A DNA stretch of 51,337 nucleotides, counting the filler, from Catajapyx aquilonaris (lineage: Eukaryota): assembly GCA_000934665.2 (NCBI GenBank). It is 2 parts of 2 records of this genome, joined end to end, with 100 filler letters (N's around TTAATTAATTAA, not from the genome) between each part and the next. Parts side by side here need not be neighbours in the genome. Positions count along the whole stretch, not along the records: positions 1 to 25,649 come from JYFJ02005336.1; 1 more part is not named here. One strand, 5' to 3'. Below the pieces are notes generated by a model. It saw only the letters and a list, made by a program, of their open reading frames with translations. It was not told the origin of the DNA and searched no databases. Shown in pieces: positions 1-14,700 of this stretch. Every line of letters begins with the position of its first letter. The first letter of the stretch is position 1. The position numbers and the translations under genes were made by a program.

Positions 1-1688
1 GTCATCGGTCATAAACTTTTCCTCGTTTCATAACCAGCGCAGGGGACATCATAAAACGGACAAGAGAGGTACTGCAGTGAAATGTTAATAACGTCGCCTG
101 ATTAGTCTTTTCATATAACCCACTGTCCGGCCAGCCACTCAAACCACTATTGTCTCTGTACAGGGTGTCGACCACAATTTGCTCTAGAAGTTTTACTAAA
201 TCATTACGAAGCACTGTGTACACTTGGCTGGCTTGTTCCACCTGCGCATTGCAGCGCAATGAGCAATCGACAAAGTCAGGGAGAAAGAAAAAGGTCATGC
301 AAAACGGTTCGGGTCACCTAGCGTGCCCAACTTATTGGTTTATGGGCTTTTGTTGCCTTTGCAAACAATGGTCTTCTTTTGAGGAGGAGAATATTTTCCA
401 GGCTTGGGGTATGTGTGTAGCCTATATATTCATGCAGGCATCCAGGCATGAACTACTCAGTAATACACTTGAAGCAATGTTTCGTTGCTTCAGATTCAAC
501 CAGTCTTTTGTAAATATTTCTTGGAGAATTTCATTCACCTGAAATATTTGTACACCCAATTATTTTCACTTCTCCCAAATTTATTAATAAAGTTTCATTG
601 CCGTGCTAAAAGTAAAGTCAAAACTATTTCACAACTATTAATATAGCCTATAGACACTAAAACCAGTATTAATCACGTCAAGTGCATATCCCTCCAAGAA
701 GTACGCGCTAAAAGCAGGCTGCAATTATCATACTCCACAACACCATTTCGCTAAAAAAAAAGAGTAACATTCTACGCAGTCATACAAGTCTGTTTGAAAC
801 CGCTTCATGCATGAAACCACATTGTGCCTCGTAAAAAAAAACACTATATGCAAAAAAAAACATGCGTGTCGCGAATATTTCCGCCACTTGCCATCCAGCA
901 CAAAAACGACCTTCGCCGGAATGTCATTGTGTCTACAATGGGACACCTTTTCATAACCCCTCTCTAACCATTTCATCATCTAATTAGAACCCTCCAAAAT
1001 GAAAAGAAGGGGTGCTGGGGTGGTTTGAAACTATAAAAAAATAGTGCCCTCTGCGTTGAATTGGACCCACCTCGCTTTTCATACATACGAGACTACAAAA
1101 GTCAAGGAAGAATCGCTAATGACCTCTGGAAAACGATAATGTCCCGAAAAGTGAGGGGGGGAGAAAAAGTCGTTTTGGCGCCAACACGTTTGAAGTCTTC
1201 CTCATTATGCATAAATGTTGGGCAAAAGAATCCGGCCATATCCAAGCAGCCGGAGCTGACATTACTTCTTGTAAATATCCGACGTTTGGGTTCGGAGCAC
1301 ACAAGTTGGATCCCTCCAGCTTTTCTTTTTTCTTGGAAGAAAGAGGACAAAAGGACCTGAGTGGAATTCGCTTCTAAGACAAAAGGGGAAGGGTGCCATG
1401 ATTACTTTTGATTCCAGGCTTTAAGCGCTTTTCTCAGCACTTGACCGAAACAAAAAAGTTTAGTAATGAGACCTCCTTCACTCAGCATACAAACAAGAAG
1501 CGTCGCACATAAAAAATATTACAGCTGGAAAGTTCATTGTAAAAGTCATAAAAACCTATATACCCCTGACGTCCCATATGTAGGACACTTTTACCAAGAG
1601 CTCAAATTAGCTTCAAATTTCTTGGGAGGCTAATTTCATCTTAAGGTCTGCTACCTTACTCCAAGTTATGTTAGTTCTTTTGCTTATA

Positions 1689-1959
1689 TCTATATAAATA
1701 AAGCCGTTTGTGATCTGTCTGTCTGTCTGTCTGTCCGCCTGGAACGCCTGCCATCTGTGATCCACCTCCTACACCTCCACTCTCTCCCCCCTGGACCTCC
1801 ACCCGTCATTTTCCTGCCATCTGTGGTTCGCCTCCTACACCTCCAACCTCTCCAGTCCTTCCTTTAGCCTAATTAAGATTCTTAATTACATGTATTTTCT
1901 TTTGCCTGTCCTTTTCAGGTTATACTTTCCATTCATTTCTTCCCGGATATGGCAGCTAG
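1689..1959 (+). mobile_element. Short non-autonomous Helitron-like element
   Basis: a|TCtatataaataaa start, then (CTGT)n, an internal ~32-bp direct repeat (ctgccatctgtg...cctcctacacctcca x2) and a cagCTAG|t end, consistent with an A^T target. The 3' hairpin is weak. Confidence 0.5.
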
Positions 1960-2268
1960 TAGTGTATAAAGAAAAAAAATATTTTAAAAATGGATATGTA
2001 CCACCCTGTACTTATACGCTCTTCTTTTGTTGGACTATACTTTCAACTACAAAACACCTAAATAGAAGCTGTGCAGGGAAGCCGATACGCCGATTTTTCT
2101 CTAGCTTTTTGCAGGGTATGTCACGGCTAAAGGCAGCTGCGTCCAATTAGTGTTACGTATTACGTTTGTTGAGGAAAGGTCTGGCCCATAAAATGCGCCA
2201 GGCAGCGTTGTTAAAGTCGTCGCCCGTGCTTTAATGACTAAACATCGTCTTCATCATTTGCACTGCTA

Positions 2269-2921
2269 CTAGTATATAACGACTGTGTTTTGTGCAGGTT
2301 CAGTCAGCCAGCCTAACAACTTGCTAGTGACAAGACCATTTTGTAGTACAGAAAAAAAAACTCTTGTCATGTGGGAATATCTACATTTTGTGTAATGCAT
2401 CAACTTTCTGAGCAAACGGCACGTGTCACATACACTATGTGCCACCTGCATGCCCTGGCCCTGTTTGTCCGGACTTCGAAATGCCAGCCGGTGTCATACA
2501 ATACCGGCGATAACAACCCTGATTTATTCGCACATACGAACACCTGCATCGCACATCGACAGAATTCATGCTCCACGTAATTCGAATCTGGATCAGGCCA
2601 GATTTACAGGCCGATACGAATTGCAACCGTACCTGTATCAGCTTCCTCTTTTGCCTGATTGGTGGCGCTTAGGTGGCTCACTGCATGGTTGCCAGACAAA
2701 TTAGTGTGCCTCCAAACTGCTGTACTGCCAAGGAAAGATGGACATTTGACCATAACTGGTCCTGTCACTTAATATTCAGTATTTTTGGATGTTCACAGCT
2801 TATTTCAGCACATTAGCTAACAGCATGAAAAGTTTCAGCTTTCTTATTAGTCTGTAAGTGAGTTAGACACGTCCCGGATAATACACCCACAATTTCCTTT
2901 TTTAAAATATACAGATAGAGA
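2269..2921 (-). mobile_element. Possible degenerate non-autonomous Helitron-like element
   Basis: Minus strand starts a|TCtctatctgtatatttt and ends CTAG|t at 2269-2272. The hairpin is degenerate. Confidence 0.3.
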
Positions 2922-5085
2922 TGTCTTTCTTCTCGGTGGTCCCTGAGAATATTAGGGGGCTCCCATTTCCATTCCCCTTTTCGGCGCGGGACATTTTACA
3001 AATAGGGCTAGAGGCCAGAGTGACACCTGATGAATGTCAGGGTAGGAGAGGCGCAAATACTCTGCACCCGGTTCACCTCCCCAGCTTCAGGTCCGTGTAA
3101 CGATGTCATCTTACACCACCAGCAAGGAGGAAACGTGATGTAGTCCTGCCAGCTAAGAAACGACCCAGATGCAATCAGTCACCAAGAAGTGTTATTTTTT
3201 TTAAAAAAAGAGTCTGAGTGCAGACAAGTTCGCCAGAATTCTTATATACGTTGCATGAAGCGAGTAATTCGGTATGACTCAGTGGAGTTAAATCGCTTCG
3301 TCTCAAATGTTTCCTTTCCACAATGGACTCTGCGGTGTTGGCAATTAAAGCAGGGGAATGGTCAAGGCCTGTCGGATAAGGTGACAAATATTGTGCAGCT
3401 GTTTGTTACATACTAGGACAAAGTACAAGGTTACACGACTTGTTTGGTACTTGTCGGAGTGAAAATTACTTTTTTTTCAGGAGTGTTGTAGGTACTATTG
3501 TAATCTTTACTGCCAATTATTCAAACATTTTAATGACTCCGATATGACCTGAGCAAGGTTAAGCTAAGTCGTAATAATTGGCGACAAACGTGTGCGGATG
3601 CTGTAACAATAATAACATATTAAGTGGTGTCGCGTTTGCACCTTTTTGTCAACAATTACATATGTTGTCACAGGCATTATACTGTCGCTTACGTGGCTAA
3701 AAGTCGGAGTGACAGTCGACAATGCAATTCCTGTTCTCCATGTCAGACTAATATTATGTGATGATCAACAGCCCAGTGTGTGTTTCTCTTGTTTTATAGG
3801 ACGACAACAGCTCTAATTGTCAGCACTGTTGAATGGCAGTGTCAGTTGTTACTCGCATCTGTCTTACCCCCATGATGTCCTGCCAGAAGGAAAGGTCCTC
3901 GACCCTCCTTCTTCCTGGCGAGTCAGCAAAAAGTACAGACTCATTTTTTAGCAAATTTTAGTAAATTAGCAGCTGTTACTTTAGCAGCTACCAACTTATG
4001 TTAATCTCCAAATATACGAGGTCAACAACTTTGGTGACAAGCCACTGTCTTGTCACCTGTCATGTCCTCGTCTTTAAGTCAAAGGAGCAGCCGAAGAGCA
4101 CCGAGACAAATGTTTTGCTTTTGCGAAACGACTGACCGGAACGACTGGTGTGCGCTGCATCGTCATGAGGTCATTTTGATCTCCCAAGTGCTGACCCACT
4201 TTTGTATTGAAAGGGTGGAAGGTCGAACTTCATCTTATGTTACTAGTTTCTGTACCAAGAAGTTTTGCCTCTATAACTCTCATAGCGGGCTATATGGCTT
4301 GTCTTAAGCGATGTAACCTCTGGATGTCCCGCATAATTCGAGCCTTTTCGCTCCAGTGATCAAAGTTTGTCCACGAGGGGCTTTTGGTGCTATCACATCC
4401 CCCCTTCTTGCTTTCATATTCATGAGTGTCTATGTACGCACGTGTTGCTTGGTGGGAGCCATCGCAGGCTACGTACTCATTACCATTCTCCCCAGTCTTC
4501 AAGTACAGGCGAGACCATTCACATCCGCGAAGGACACCTATTTTCAAACCCTTCTCTCTCAACCTACAGTATTTGCATAATGCAGCAAGAGACGCTCCAA
4601 TGTCGAATCCGTGACAACCACTTGCGTCACACATTCAATAATTTCGCACTCAAGGACCGTACGCAAATATTACTAAACGAGCCCGCTTTGTTGCTAATGA
4701 ACGCAATTCATTAGGTTCGGTTTTTTTCCGCAAAGAGTTGTACATCAATATATTCCGGCCTCTTGAGGGGAACATGACGAATGATGGAAGCGAATCGGTT
4801 GTTTGTCTAGTTCTAGAAAGCGACTATCTGCGGTCCTCTACTGTATAAATCGGCTTGAGATGGAAGGAAAGGAGGAGAAAAAATAAATAGGCAGTGAAGA
4901 TAAGCTCATGACTCAGTAAAACACCAAATAAAATATGCTTTCCTGCTAGAGTTGTGTTGACACAATCGTGGAAGTAGGCTGAATACAAAGTGGGTTCCAT
5001 TCACTTCAAGAACTGCACGGGAGGAAATATCATGCCAACTTATAGGTTCCTCCCAAAAAGCTTCTTCCCTTCTCCACAATATAAG

Positions 5086-5220
5086 AATGTTGATTGTATA
5101 AACAGCTTTTGAAAGGCTATACCTTCTGCCTTTCATGTATTTATCAGAAAACCCAGAAAATATGGGATTTACCTAGGTCAGGTTGCGGCACAGCAAAGTT
5201 ATACAAGTAGCGTAATATTT
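5086..5220 (+). pseudogene. Possible highly decayed piggyBac-type transposase fragment
   Basis: Manual translation NVDCINSF*KAIPSAFHVFIRKPRKYGIYLGQVAAQQSYTSSVIF resembles the piggyBac (V/I)DE...F.GR..F..Y...KP.KYG.K motif. Short, with an in-frame stop. Confidence 0.3.
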
Positions 5221-8200
5221 TTAATAACTCTGTAAAAAAACAGAAAAGCATATGGCAGGTTGCTTCCTGCAAATTCACGGGGGTCAATTGAGGTTGCACG
5301 CAATCCAAAGGGTGATAAAGTGAGCCTATAAATTACCGCCACCGTCTTAATTAGTATTAAGAAAGGTTAGGGGGGATTCATGTGGTCGTGGCCCCCTTTG
5401 CTCATTTGGGAAGAATCAGGAACGGATCATGACTCCTTCCAAACCGATTTTTCACTCCCTTGTCGCTGAGAACATGCATCAAAAGGGGGCTTTTTATCTG
5501 AGTAGTGTGTGAGTGTGTGCCATGCACAGCTCTGTGGACATTAGCATGTAGTGCACGTGCACGCCAATTATCAATTCAGAAAACTTCCATCACTCAGCAC
5601 GAAAGGATGACAAATGATGCAGCTTAATTCAACAGGCGATGGTGCCATCAAGTTCAAAAATTTCGGAACCAAATGTAATAATATTTGTTACCGAAAAATT
5701 ATTTTGGAGACGTACACTTGAAGCAGCACAGTGTTGTCCCCGAAGATTGACGCAACTGTCGTTGTCATGACATCTGATATGATTAAATGCTGGAAAAATA
5801 TCGAAACGAAATTTTCCCTCCTCAACAACTTGCGTCATAACTCTGTTCATCAAATTGACCAACAAAAAATAACGAAGGCGGAAAAGCCTTATTTTCCAAA
5901 CCCTCCCAGTAAAAATAGACACGAGGTTTCAGCAAAGCAAAATTCAACAGAATTACATCCGACTCCATCGAAATTCTATTCTCCACCGAGCGAAATCATG
6001 ATGGCGTATACATTTCCTTTTTGACAAAAATAAGCTCTCAGGACTGACCTCAAATCCAGTCCTTTCTCGGAAATGCCTTTTTTTTCTCTCTCTCCTCCCA
6101 AGATATTTCCTGACATAAAACTACCACACCACCGCCTTATAATATTATTTTTAACTCTCGTCCGCCTCACCTGCTCCTAGGAAACCAACCAACCGTTTCT
6201 CAGGTATTACTTGTCCATAATATAAAAAAAAGTTGGTCGAGGCTATATACTTCTGTTGGACTATCGACACAGGAAGTCACGTAGACATGGCCGCTAATTC
6301 CACGTCGAAAAAAAACGTGTCTAATTATTTAACTCTGCGCCACTTGAATATTTAATTTTCTGGCCACCATTTAACCCCAGGATATTCAATTCATAGTCAT
6401 TATGTTAGTTCTTAATTTTTTTTCATTTAAAAATCAAGTGAAAAATTGTAACAACATAAGGTGTCCAACAGGGTGTACAGTACCGGTATATAAATTTCTT
6501 TACAAAATATAGTTCAGTCATTATTTATTCCTGCAAATATGTGCATTAATGATTGTAGCTAATTGTTGTCCCTCACCTTTGGAGAGCCTCCTCTTTATAA
6601 TTCCAACCCACCTTCGTAGGTATGGCGTGATCCAGTAGTTTATGATGGCGCTCCTTCCGTTCCACCCACTTGGCGTCCTTGAGCCTGTGCCACTAGACCA
6701 TGTACAGAAAACACAATTGCAACCATCACTCACTTGGCAAAAAAAAAAAGTGTTGCAAAAAAAAACGCAAACATAACACGAGGTGCATGATGGGATCGTC
6801 CCCTCCTGCCGCGCCCTTTTTTTCCAACGTAATAACCTGAGAAACACTGCACCTTTTTTTTTTTGCTAGTGTTCAAGTAAACAGGGAAACGATAATTAAA
6901 GCCCTTACGGATCTTGTTTCTCCAGATTTTTTTTGCAGTTTTTCTAACGGTGCTGCTGAAGACATTTTGCAAATGAGGACAACAATCAATGCTCAGCGTG
7001 TAAGTAATTTACCTTTCCAACGCACTCTGATGCATTTAAAAAAACAATTACTTTTCTTAACTCGAGCCAATTGCGATTCCAATAATTATCCACAGATGCA
7101 AAATCCACTAGGCTATAGTGTGTGAAAGTTATGTAACACCCTGTACTTCATTGTTTTTTGTTGTTCATTTTTTTGTGAGAGTGCCCTCGGTTTTTTTATG
7201 GGTTTATTATTGTTATTCATATCATGGGACAGGTTTCTTTTCATATTCTCTGCCGGACTGGTTTGACATGTGTTTTTATTGCTTGCACTGTCGCTACCTG
7301 AGTATATTTATAAGGAAAGTAGAAATGACAACAGAGTGACAATAGGTACATTTTTGCCCAATCAAAAGTAATAACATCATTAAGTAATGTGTAAGTACAC
7401 AATCGACTTAAATTTTCGCAATGCGCATAAAATGTTGTCGACAGTAGCTGTGTAATTAGACGTCCAGCTGTATGGGGAAACAATCATCTGCCGCTTGCCA
7501 GATGCTTCCAAGTCGCATGACTTCACATTACGTGTCATGTACTCGCAATAAGGCCAATCATATTTTGAATGGGGGGTCCTAGCAAAAAAAAATTGGCAGG
7601 TGTTTTGCACCACACCTGCTCGAAATGTTCATATAGTACTTCTTCCTCTTCCTCATATATTTTTTTGGCGACCATTTATTTCCTCGGTCATACCGGACGA
7701 AATCTAAGAACGTTGCGTCCCTGGTGCTATCAAGAATGTAATACTGTAACTTTCCAAGCTCGTCTTTCGTTTTTAAAAAAAAAACTGCAATAACAATTGT
7801 CAAACACTCTCGGAATCCACTCATGGGACTTTTTTTAATAAAAAAAAAAGTGAAGGAGACCGTTCCACAAACTTTCTTTTTACTCGTTCGTAATTAAAAG
7901 TTCCCCGCTAATTTTATTCCAACCGGATTAATTTACGACCAGAAAATCACTTTGGACGTTTCTTTAGAATCTGGAAGCATATAAGAATGTTGAGTAGCAA
8001 AGCTAAGAAGGAATGGGGGTATAGGGAGGGTGATAATTGGAAGCGAATCTAATTAAGATGTTTGCAGTCGGTTTGGTTCGCAAATATAACTAGGCAAATG
8101 GTGTACACGAGAAACTAAACCAAATTTGAGGAGAATGTAACCGGTCGTTCTGTTGGTCGTTCTCAACAATCACTTTTCTATTTGTTAAACAAATATTGAA

Positions 8201-8673
8201 TCGCCAATATTCGGAATATCGCGAAATATCCATCAACTCTCCTTCGGATATCTCCATACAAAATTGTTGGTTCCTCTTCCTGTATGCAACACTGAGGCAG
8301 GTGGTGGCAGCAACAAAGAAAAAGAGGAAATGCAGGCGACCGTCGCCTTTCGCAGCAACAAACCCACCGAGTGTTCCCCGTCACGAAGGTATAATAGGCA
8401 TAACTGTATTGGCGAATTTACATTCCGGAAACTGAGGGACAAAGTGCGTCACTTGACACGCCAAGCGAGCCATCGTATATTTTTAGAAATGGGTTGGGTT
8501 CGCTCACGTGAGGGTCCAAATACTCTCTTTTTTGTGTGTGTATGTCATGTATATACACTTGGGGTTTGCGGAGAGGAAGTCAAGTGCGACACAGTAATAT
8601 TCCTTAGTTGCGAAAATAATTCGCATGAAAAGATCCCATGGCCTTACTACAAACTGGCATCATTTGGATTGCA

Positions 8674-8684
8674 TTATTATTACT

Positions 8685-8747
<63 letters not shown>
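8674..8747. repeat. (ATT)n microsatellite
   Basis: Direct reading. Confidence 0.95.
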
Positions 8748-8749
<2 letters not shown>

Positions 8750-11700
8750 CCAGTAATGTAGCGCATAATGGAGTCCAATATTCAAATAACACATTATTAT
8801 TGCCTCATATTGAAATAACATGAACATATTTTTCACGTGTGAATAAATAGCTTACAGTGTGAATGTTTAATACTCATCAGCTTTGTAAGTTATATGAAGC
8901 GCAATATTCCGGTATAATGTTTTGGCTAAATTCTATACCACTGCAGCAGCTAACTTCACCAGTAAAATAGCAATTTTCAATGAATAAAGGAGAGAATGAT
9001 GGTCTATTTGCTCGACGCAACGTTGTAACAAAACAGCGAACAAGACAATCCCAATATAGGTACACCCATGTTTCACTTTGCATTTTGAACCCCCCAAAAA
9101 TATACGCGTACTATACATTCTTTGTTTAGCAAATTGCGGCCATACCTTGCTTCAGTATGCACTCTGTTTACCTTTGTGCTGCGAATAATAAAAAAACCAG
9201 TCGTCGGATCCAGGTTAAATTTTTTATCCAACTGGGGCCAAGTGTTGCAAACTAAATAATTGCTTGAATTTACATATGTATACAAGGTGTTTCATAACGA
9301 TTCGTATGGAACTGAGGGGAAAATCCGTTACTATGACAACATGTCTCCCCCTCTTCCTCTCTCGTTCTGTCCTGAGATGCAAGAAGGACCGACCCCCGTC
9401 CTAAAGCCGCAGAATAAGCCAGCTCTTCACAGTTGACAAAGTTGTCTTTCTAATCCCATCACCTGGGATTCACTGTCGCCCCGTTACATCCCAGCATCCC
9501 AGCTCCATAGAAAACTTCTTCTATATTTCCTTTTAGCACACACTGTGTCACTCTACATTGTGCAAAAATGCCCTCAAGTCATGCGCAATTTTTAAAACCG
9601 CTGTGTCCAATCCTCAGTAGGACATTTCAAGGACTATTCCCACATAATTAAAGTCGGTAACCGCAACAGAACCAAAAAAATATATTATCTCATTGCTCTG
9701 CTTCCGCCAAAAACATTTAATTTTTCAAGAAAAAAAATAGTAAGGCTTCCGGCCACGTGTTTCATTTCACGCTAGATGGCTCTCGAAAAAAAATGAGAAG
9801 GAGCCATCTTAGAGTCCAAGTTCCGCCATTTTGAGCATCATAAATTCCTGGTGCAAACATCCTCTCCAGAGCTAAAACTCGAGGTCCTTTTCATTCAGGG
9901 CTGGAAAAAGGAGAGGGTTTTTTTTTTTCCTATATAGACCCCGTAAATCTTGGGTCTGGGCAAACATGGCGGCAATGAAAAGAAACGCTTCCAGGCCAAG
10001 CATCATGACACGACGGTCAGAAAAGTCCTTGCAGAACACACCCCTTCGGTTTTATGCCTTTAGGACTTATGTGTGCTAGTTTTTTTTTCAGTTCCTTTAT
10101 ATATGTGGTAGTCAAGGTCTTCTTTAGTTGAGGTCGTTCCCAGGTGACTTTTACAGTGGTGATACAAACGTAGCTTGCGTTTGGTGAAAGGAAGGGGACC
10201 TCGAGGTAGAGTAAAGACATCTTTATACTCTTGCTGACAGCAATGGCCAAAATATGATAATAAATCGTGTTTATGTACCGTTGGTGCTGTGGAATAATAT
10301 AAAAAAAACAGGCTCGTGATAATAATAAGCCTTCAACAGGCTGCCAGTCTGTTTTTAACAATCACTTGGCTTAAAACGGGTTGAAGCAGTTTCGGTTTTA
10401 TGGTCAGCATGCATTTGCAGAGTAGTTACAATCGTGTCATTGTCGACGAAAAAAAAACAGCAATAACTTCTATGTAAAAATAATTTGTTTAAAATATTTG
10501 CAATTCGATTTGTGATTTTCCCATATGGTACCTGTGGCATATGTTGGGAAAAGCAGCTTATATTGTGTCCGGTGGAAAGCACCGTAATTTTTACCGCTGC
10601 AATGAACCGGAGGCTGTCAGGAGCGATAATAACCACATTGGATAGCGCTCCCAAAATGAAACAATCAACACGATGTTGCATAATTAAGAAAAACGACCGC
10701 CAAACTGTTTGTCTTCCGGCTCGCTCGTGCAAAGTTATCAGGATCAATTTTTACCCCCCCTCATATTCTCCCCCCCNNNNNNNAAAAAAAAAAACAAAAG
10801 CAAAAAAAATAATTCTAGGCTCGAATAATCCGGGTAATGAAATCGCTCTATGCGAGAGCTGCATGAATTTCATTATCAGCATTCATTAATTCGCATGATA
10901 GTTTGATTTGTGGCGATAACTCAATTACCCAAACTCTCGGTGAACGAATAGAGGTAATCCTTTTATTGTGTAATCGGCTGTACATTCAATCATGAGTGGT
11001 GTTCATGAAAGCGTACGTAGCTCTCAGGGAGTGTCCTCCCAAAAAAAATGGTGTGTCAGTTTATGAAACATCTAAGGCAATAAATTAACCAGAAATTAGA
11101 GGAAAAAAATCAATTCGAAATTAATTGTCAACATTGTTAGCAATTACATGTCGTTACTAATAATCATACTTATTAAGTATGAATATCTCAGCCTTGCTCT
11201 GGAGCAATTTTTGTTCCTTCCTGTCTTTATAACCATATAAAAAAAAGTCACCTGATATTTGACCAGACCTTCCGAGAAATATTTTTTCGGTCCCTCGTTT
11301 GTCCCGAGCCTTTTACTTCGGTTGTTATTGTCAAGGATGGCGGGGGATGGGAAATCGGATAAAAAAGAAGCAAGGGAAAGTGGAGAATGGGAATGATCAC
11401 AGAGAAACTCAGATGAGAATCTTTTTTCCCTCCCAAGTATTCCCCCCCCCCCNCCCCCCCCCCCTTGTTACGTATATATATTTTTCTTCTTATACTTCGC
11501 TTCGCAACAGAGGATTATGATGCCAGTTTCAGTTTTCAAACAATGCGAAGTGATTTCAAAGCATTTCTTGCACTCTGAAAACGGCTCAAATTGAGGATAA
11601 AAAAAAAGCTCGATTCAACAGTCAACAACGACAAAGATAGACCTATATTGTAGGAATTTACGGTGTGCACCAGTCGTACGGAATAAAAACCGGTTTTATT

Positions 11701-14700
11701 TATTATCCGGAGCGGAAAAAAAACCCACATACGTCTAGTACTGCAGAGACATAATGCCACTAAATCTCTCATTGAGTTCACCTTCACAATACCCTTTACA
11801 TAAAGAGCAACTTGGCTATAAATTCGGCTCTATTTCGAATTCATTTGTTTTTTTTTGCTTCCTGGAATTGACAGTTAATTGGTGAAGCCGAATATTTCCG
11901 CTAGACTTAATATATATCAAATGGGACTAATCCCATAAGCCTTTTACATTGGTATCGTGTTATCAGCAAAAAAAAAAAAAATGTTCCCCCCACAATTTTT
12001 TTCCACTGTGAATGTCAAACAATGTCGACGTCGATTTTAACAATGTGGTAACGAGAATTAAATCCCGTTGAGCGTAAGCTCTTTTTTTAAGCATTTAAAA
12101 AAAAAACAACGAGACGACGCTTGGATGAGGATCACCCCCCGCCATAAACAGGGGGTTGGCATTAATTATCTCGATGACGAATGACGCTGTTTGTCTTTTC
12201 ACGTTCTAATTAGCTATTCCATTACTGTTGCCCACCTAAACACACTGCATTTGTGTTTGGCATTATATACACGTTTCAGCGAACGCCTGCAATAATGGTG
12301 CACAATTTCAATGAGCCTATGTACTGCACAAGTATTATGGACAGGCTAATAGGGTACAACCCACTGTGTAATCTGAATTATTATTTTTTTAAAAAACCCC
12401 AGCCCTTTACTGGAAATCTCGTGACAGTGATGTGCCTTTCAGGGGGTCTCACCCAAAATCAGATAACGTAAATAAAAATAACACCTAAACCAGTCTGTTA
12501 CCCCCACCCAGAAACCAGGCATGTGTGAGTTGGCCCACCTGCGCCTGAAGCCTTCCGAATCTAGATAAGACCCATGGAAACAAGGTAAGTCAAAAAAAAA
12601 AAGAAGAGCTGATAAAGAACTGGGCAAAAACCAGGCACTGAATTTGATGCGCCGGTAATTAAGCCTAATTACCATGGGAAGATGGTGTGGAAACCCGTGC
12701 ATTTCGGGGGGGAAGGTTGGAACATGCAACGATTTCTAACCCTTCGGTGTGTGTTTTTTTTTTTACAAGACTAGGAATTAACCTGTACTAGGGAAAAACT
12801 AATCGATGCTCCAGTTTTAAGCTTCCGGTTGATCCTATATACCACCCTGATATTCTTCAAGAATTAGAAAGTTTACAAGGCCTCCAATTATTCCGCCAGC
12901 AAAAGATAAGCCAACCTCCCTCCAGATATACCTAAATAATTTTTGTATAATTTTAAATATATTTTATGACACAATTCAGCAATTTGTCATGTCTATATAT
13001 TTGCATGTTCGACCTACTCTGTCGATTTTAATTTTTTTAAATCAAATTATTGGCCCCTAATTTTACACGTTTGGTACTATGCTTTGCAGATCCTTTATAG
13101 TACCAACCCAAACTTCATTTTTTTCCTCCCACAGTTTGTAACAGGCTGTAAATCAGAATTTTACAGTGTTGGGAGTATCTGTAATCCAGCGTTTGGAAGT
13201 CCGGCGGGGGAGCTAAGAGTATACGCCCAACAAATCATTCATGCTACTTGTCTCCAACAATGACCATTATGGAACCATTCTCTTAAAAAGGGTCAGATGG
13301 GTGATAGATGCGCTATTTCCTGCGGCGACCCAACCTCACAAATCACTCTAGAAGCCTCTCTCATAGCACACACACACACACACACACTATAATACAGAGG
13401 ACTATAGAGAGAAAGAGAGCCCCTGATAGTAGTTAACCGCACTCTTACCCAACCCCCCATAATTTAGAACCTGTTGTCAAATTTTACACACTTTGCCATC
13501 CATATTTAGAGCGATTATTTCCAAAGAGGGTTCCGAGACTAATTCGTTTTAAATAAGAAGGTGTGGCTCGTCTTTACCGATACGCATCTTGTAAAAAAAG
13601 GATGTACTCTTCATCTTTAAGGAGTTGCAATTTAGCAGATGTCTAAGTGTTGGCAGGGCACAAAAACTCTTTTAAATGGTGCAGGTGAAGCCATGACCTA
13701 AGCAACACGAAGTAACTTGACCACCTTTTGTTGCCCCGGAAGACATGTGGACAACTCACCAAAACAACGCAGTAAGTACTGAATCATATTTTATGGGCTT
13801 TGCAGGCCACATGGTGGGCATCTGGCATCTACTCCAAATGTTCATTCGGAAGTAAAGGAAGAAGAAAAAACACAGTAAATGGGTGTAATAAAAACAATGT
13901 GGGGGCTTCAGAAGGAAACAGAGATGAGTTATGTGGTTTTCACTTATGAGATAGATAAATGCAATATTTTTTTATTAATGTCGATGCAATAAACATACCC
14001 TAATCCTACACAAATAAGTCAGTTGTTAAATGATTCAGGGCGTACCAGGCAGTGAATCATTGTTAATGAAAATGTTTGCGAATTTGTTGCCGGCTTTAAC
14101 AAAAATAGAGTTCCCCTGTTGCTTAATTGAGCAGTCACGCTTCGTACGGTGTACATCACCAATTGATGCACCACCTGCTTGCAACCCACGGGAAAACCCT
14201 GCTTTAATTACATATGTGTGCGCAGTACACACACACACACACTATCGTAACCGTATCACCAAATTGTGCCAATTCAAGGGCATGAAATCGCTTTTCATGA
14301 CCGTATCTATGCGGTTTCCTATAGATTTCAAAAGGCATACCTTCCGATTTTAAGAATAAGAAGGACAAAAAAAATAATAATCTTTTCACAGCTTTGCTCA
14401 AATTGTTTACGTTCCCAGGCGTCCGGCATAAAATGCGATAACCTTGCAGATTTGATATGCGGAGATGAATGAAATGGATGAAATATTCAGGCTCAGATTT
14501 TCTTATTCTCCTGGGAGCAACCGCGACCTTCACCTATACACCCAACCAAAAAGCTCCTTCCGCGTTTTGCATTTACCCGTGAGCTTCTATTATGCTTCCC
14601 ACGAGAGCAATTGCGCTTCTACAAGAGTGCCACTTTGCACCACTCGTAACTGCCTAAAAGACACTAACAAACGACTGCTATAAAAATGTGCAGGCCTCCG

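Noticed and set aside
2..542. Possible exon or transposase relic on the minus strand (acceptor-like atttcag at ~540)
   Set aside because: The frame contains several stops and I recognise no motif. BLASTX would be needed.
4290..4714. Overlapping 114-115-aa ORFs on both strands
   Set aside because: No recognisable family signature, and the lengths are compatible with chance.
8264..8761. 165-aa ORF with a poly-Ile tail (likewise the poly-Leu ORF at 44517-44807)
   Set aside because: The hydrophobic runs are simply (ATT)n microsatellites.
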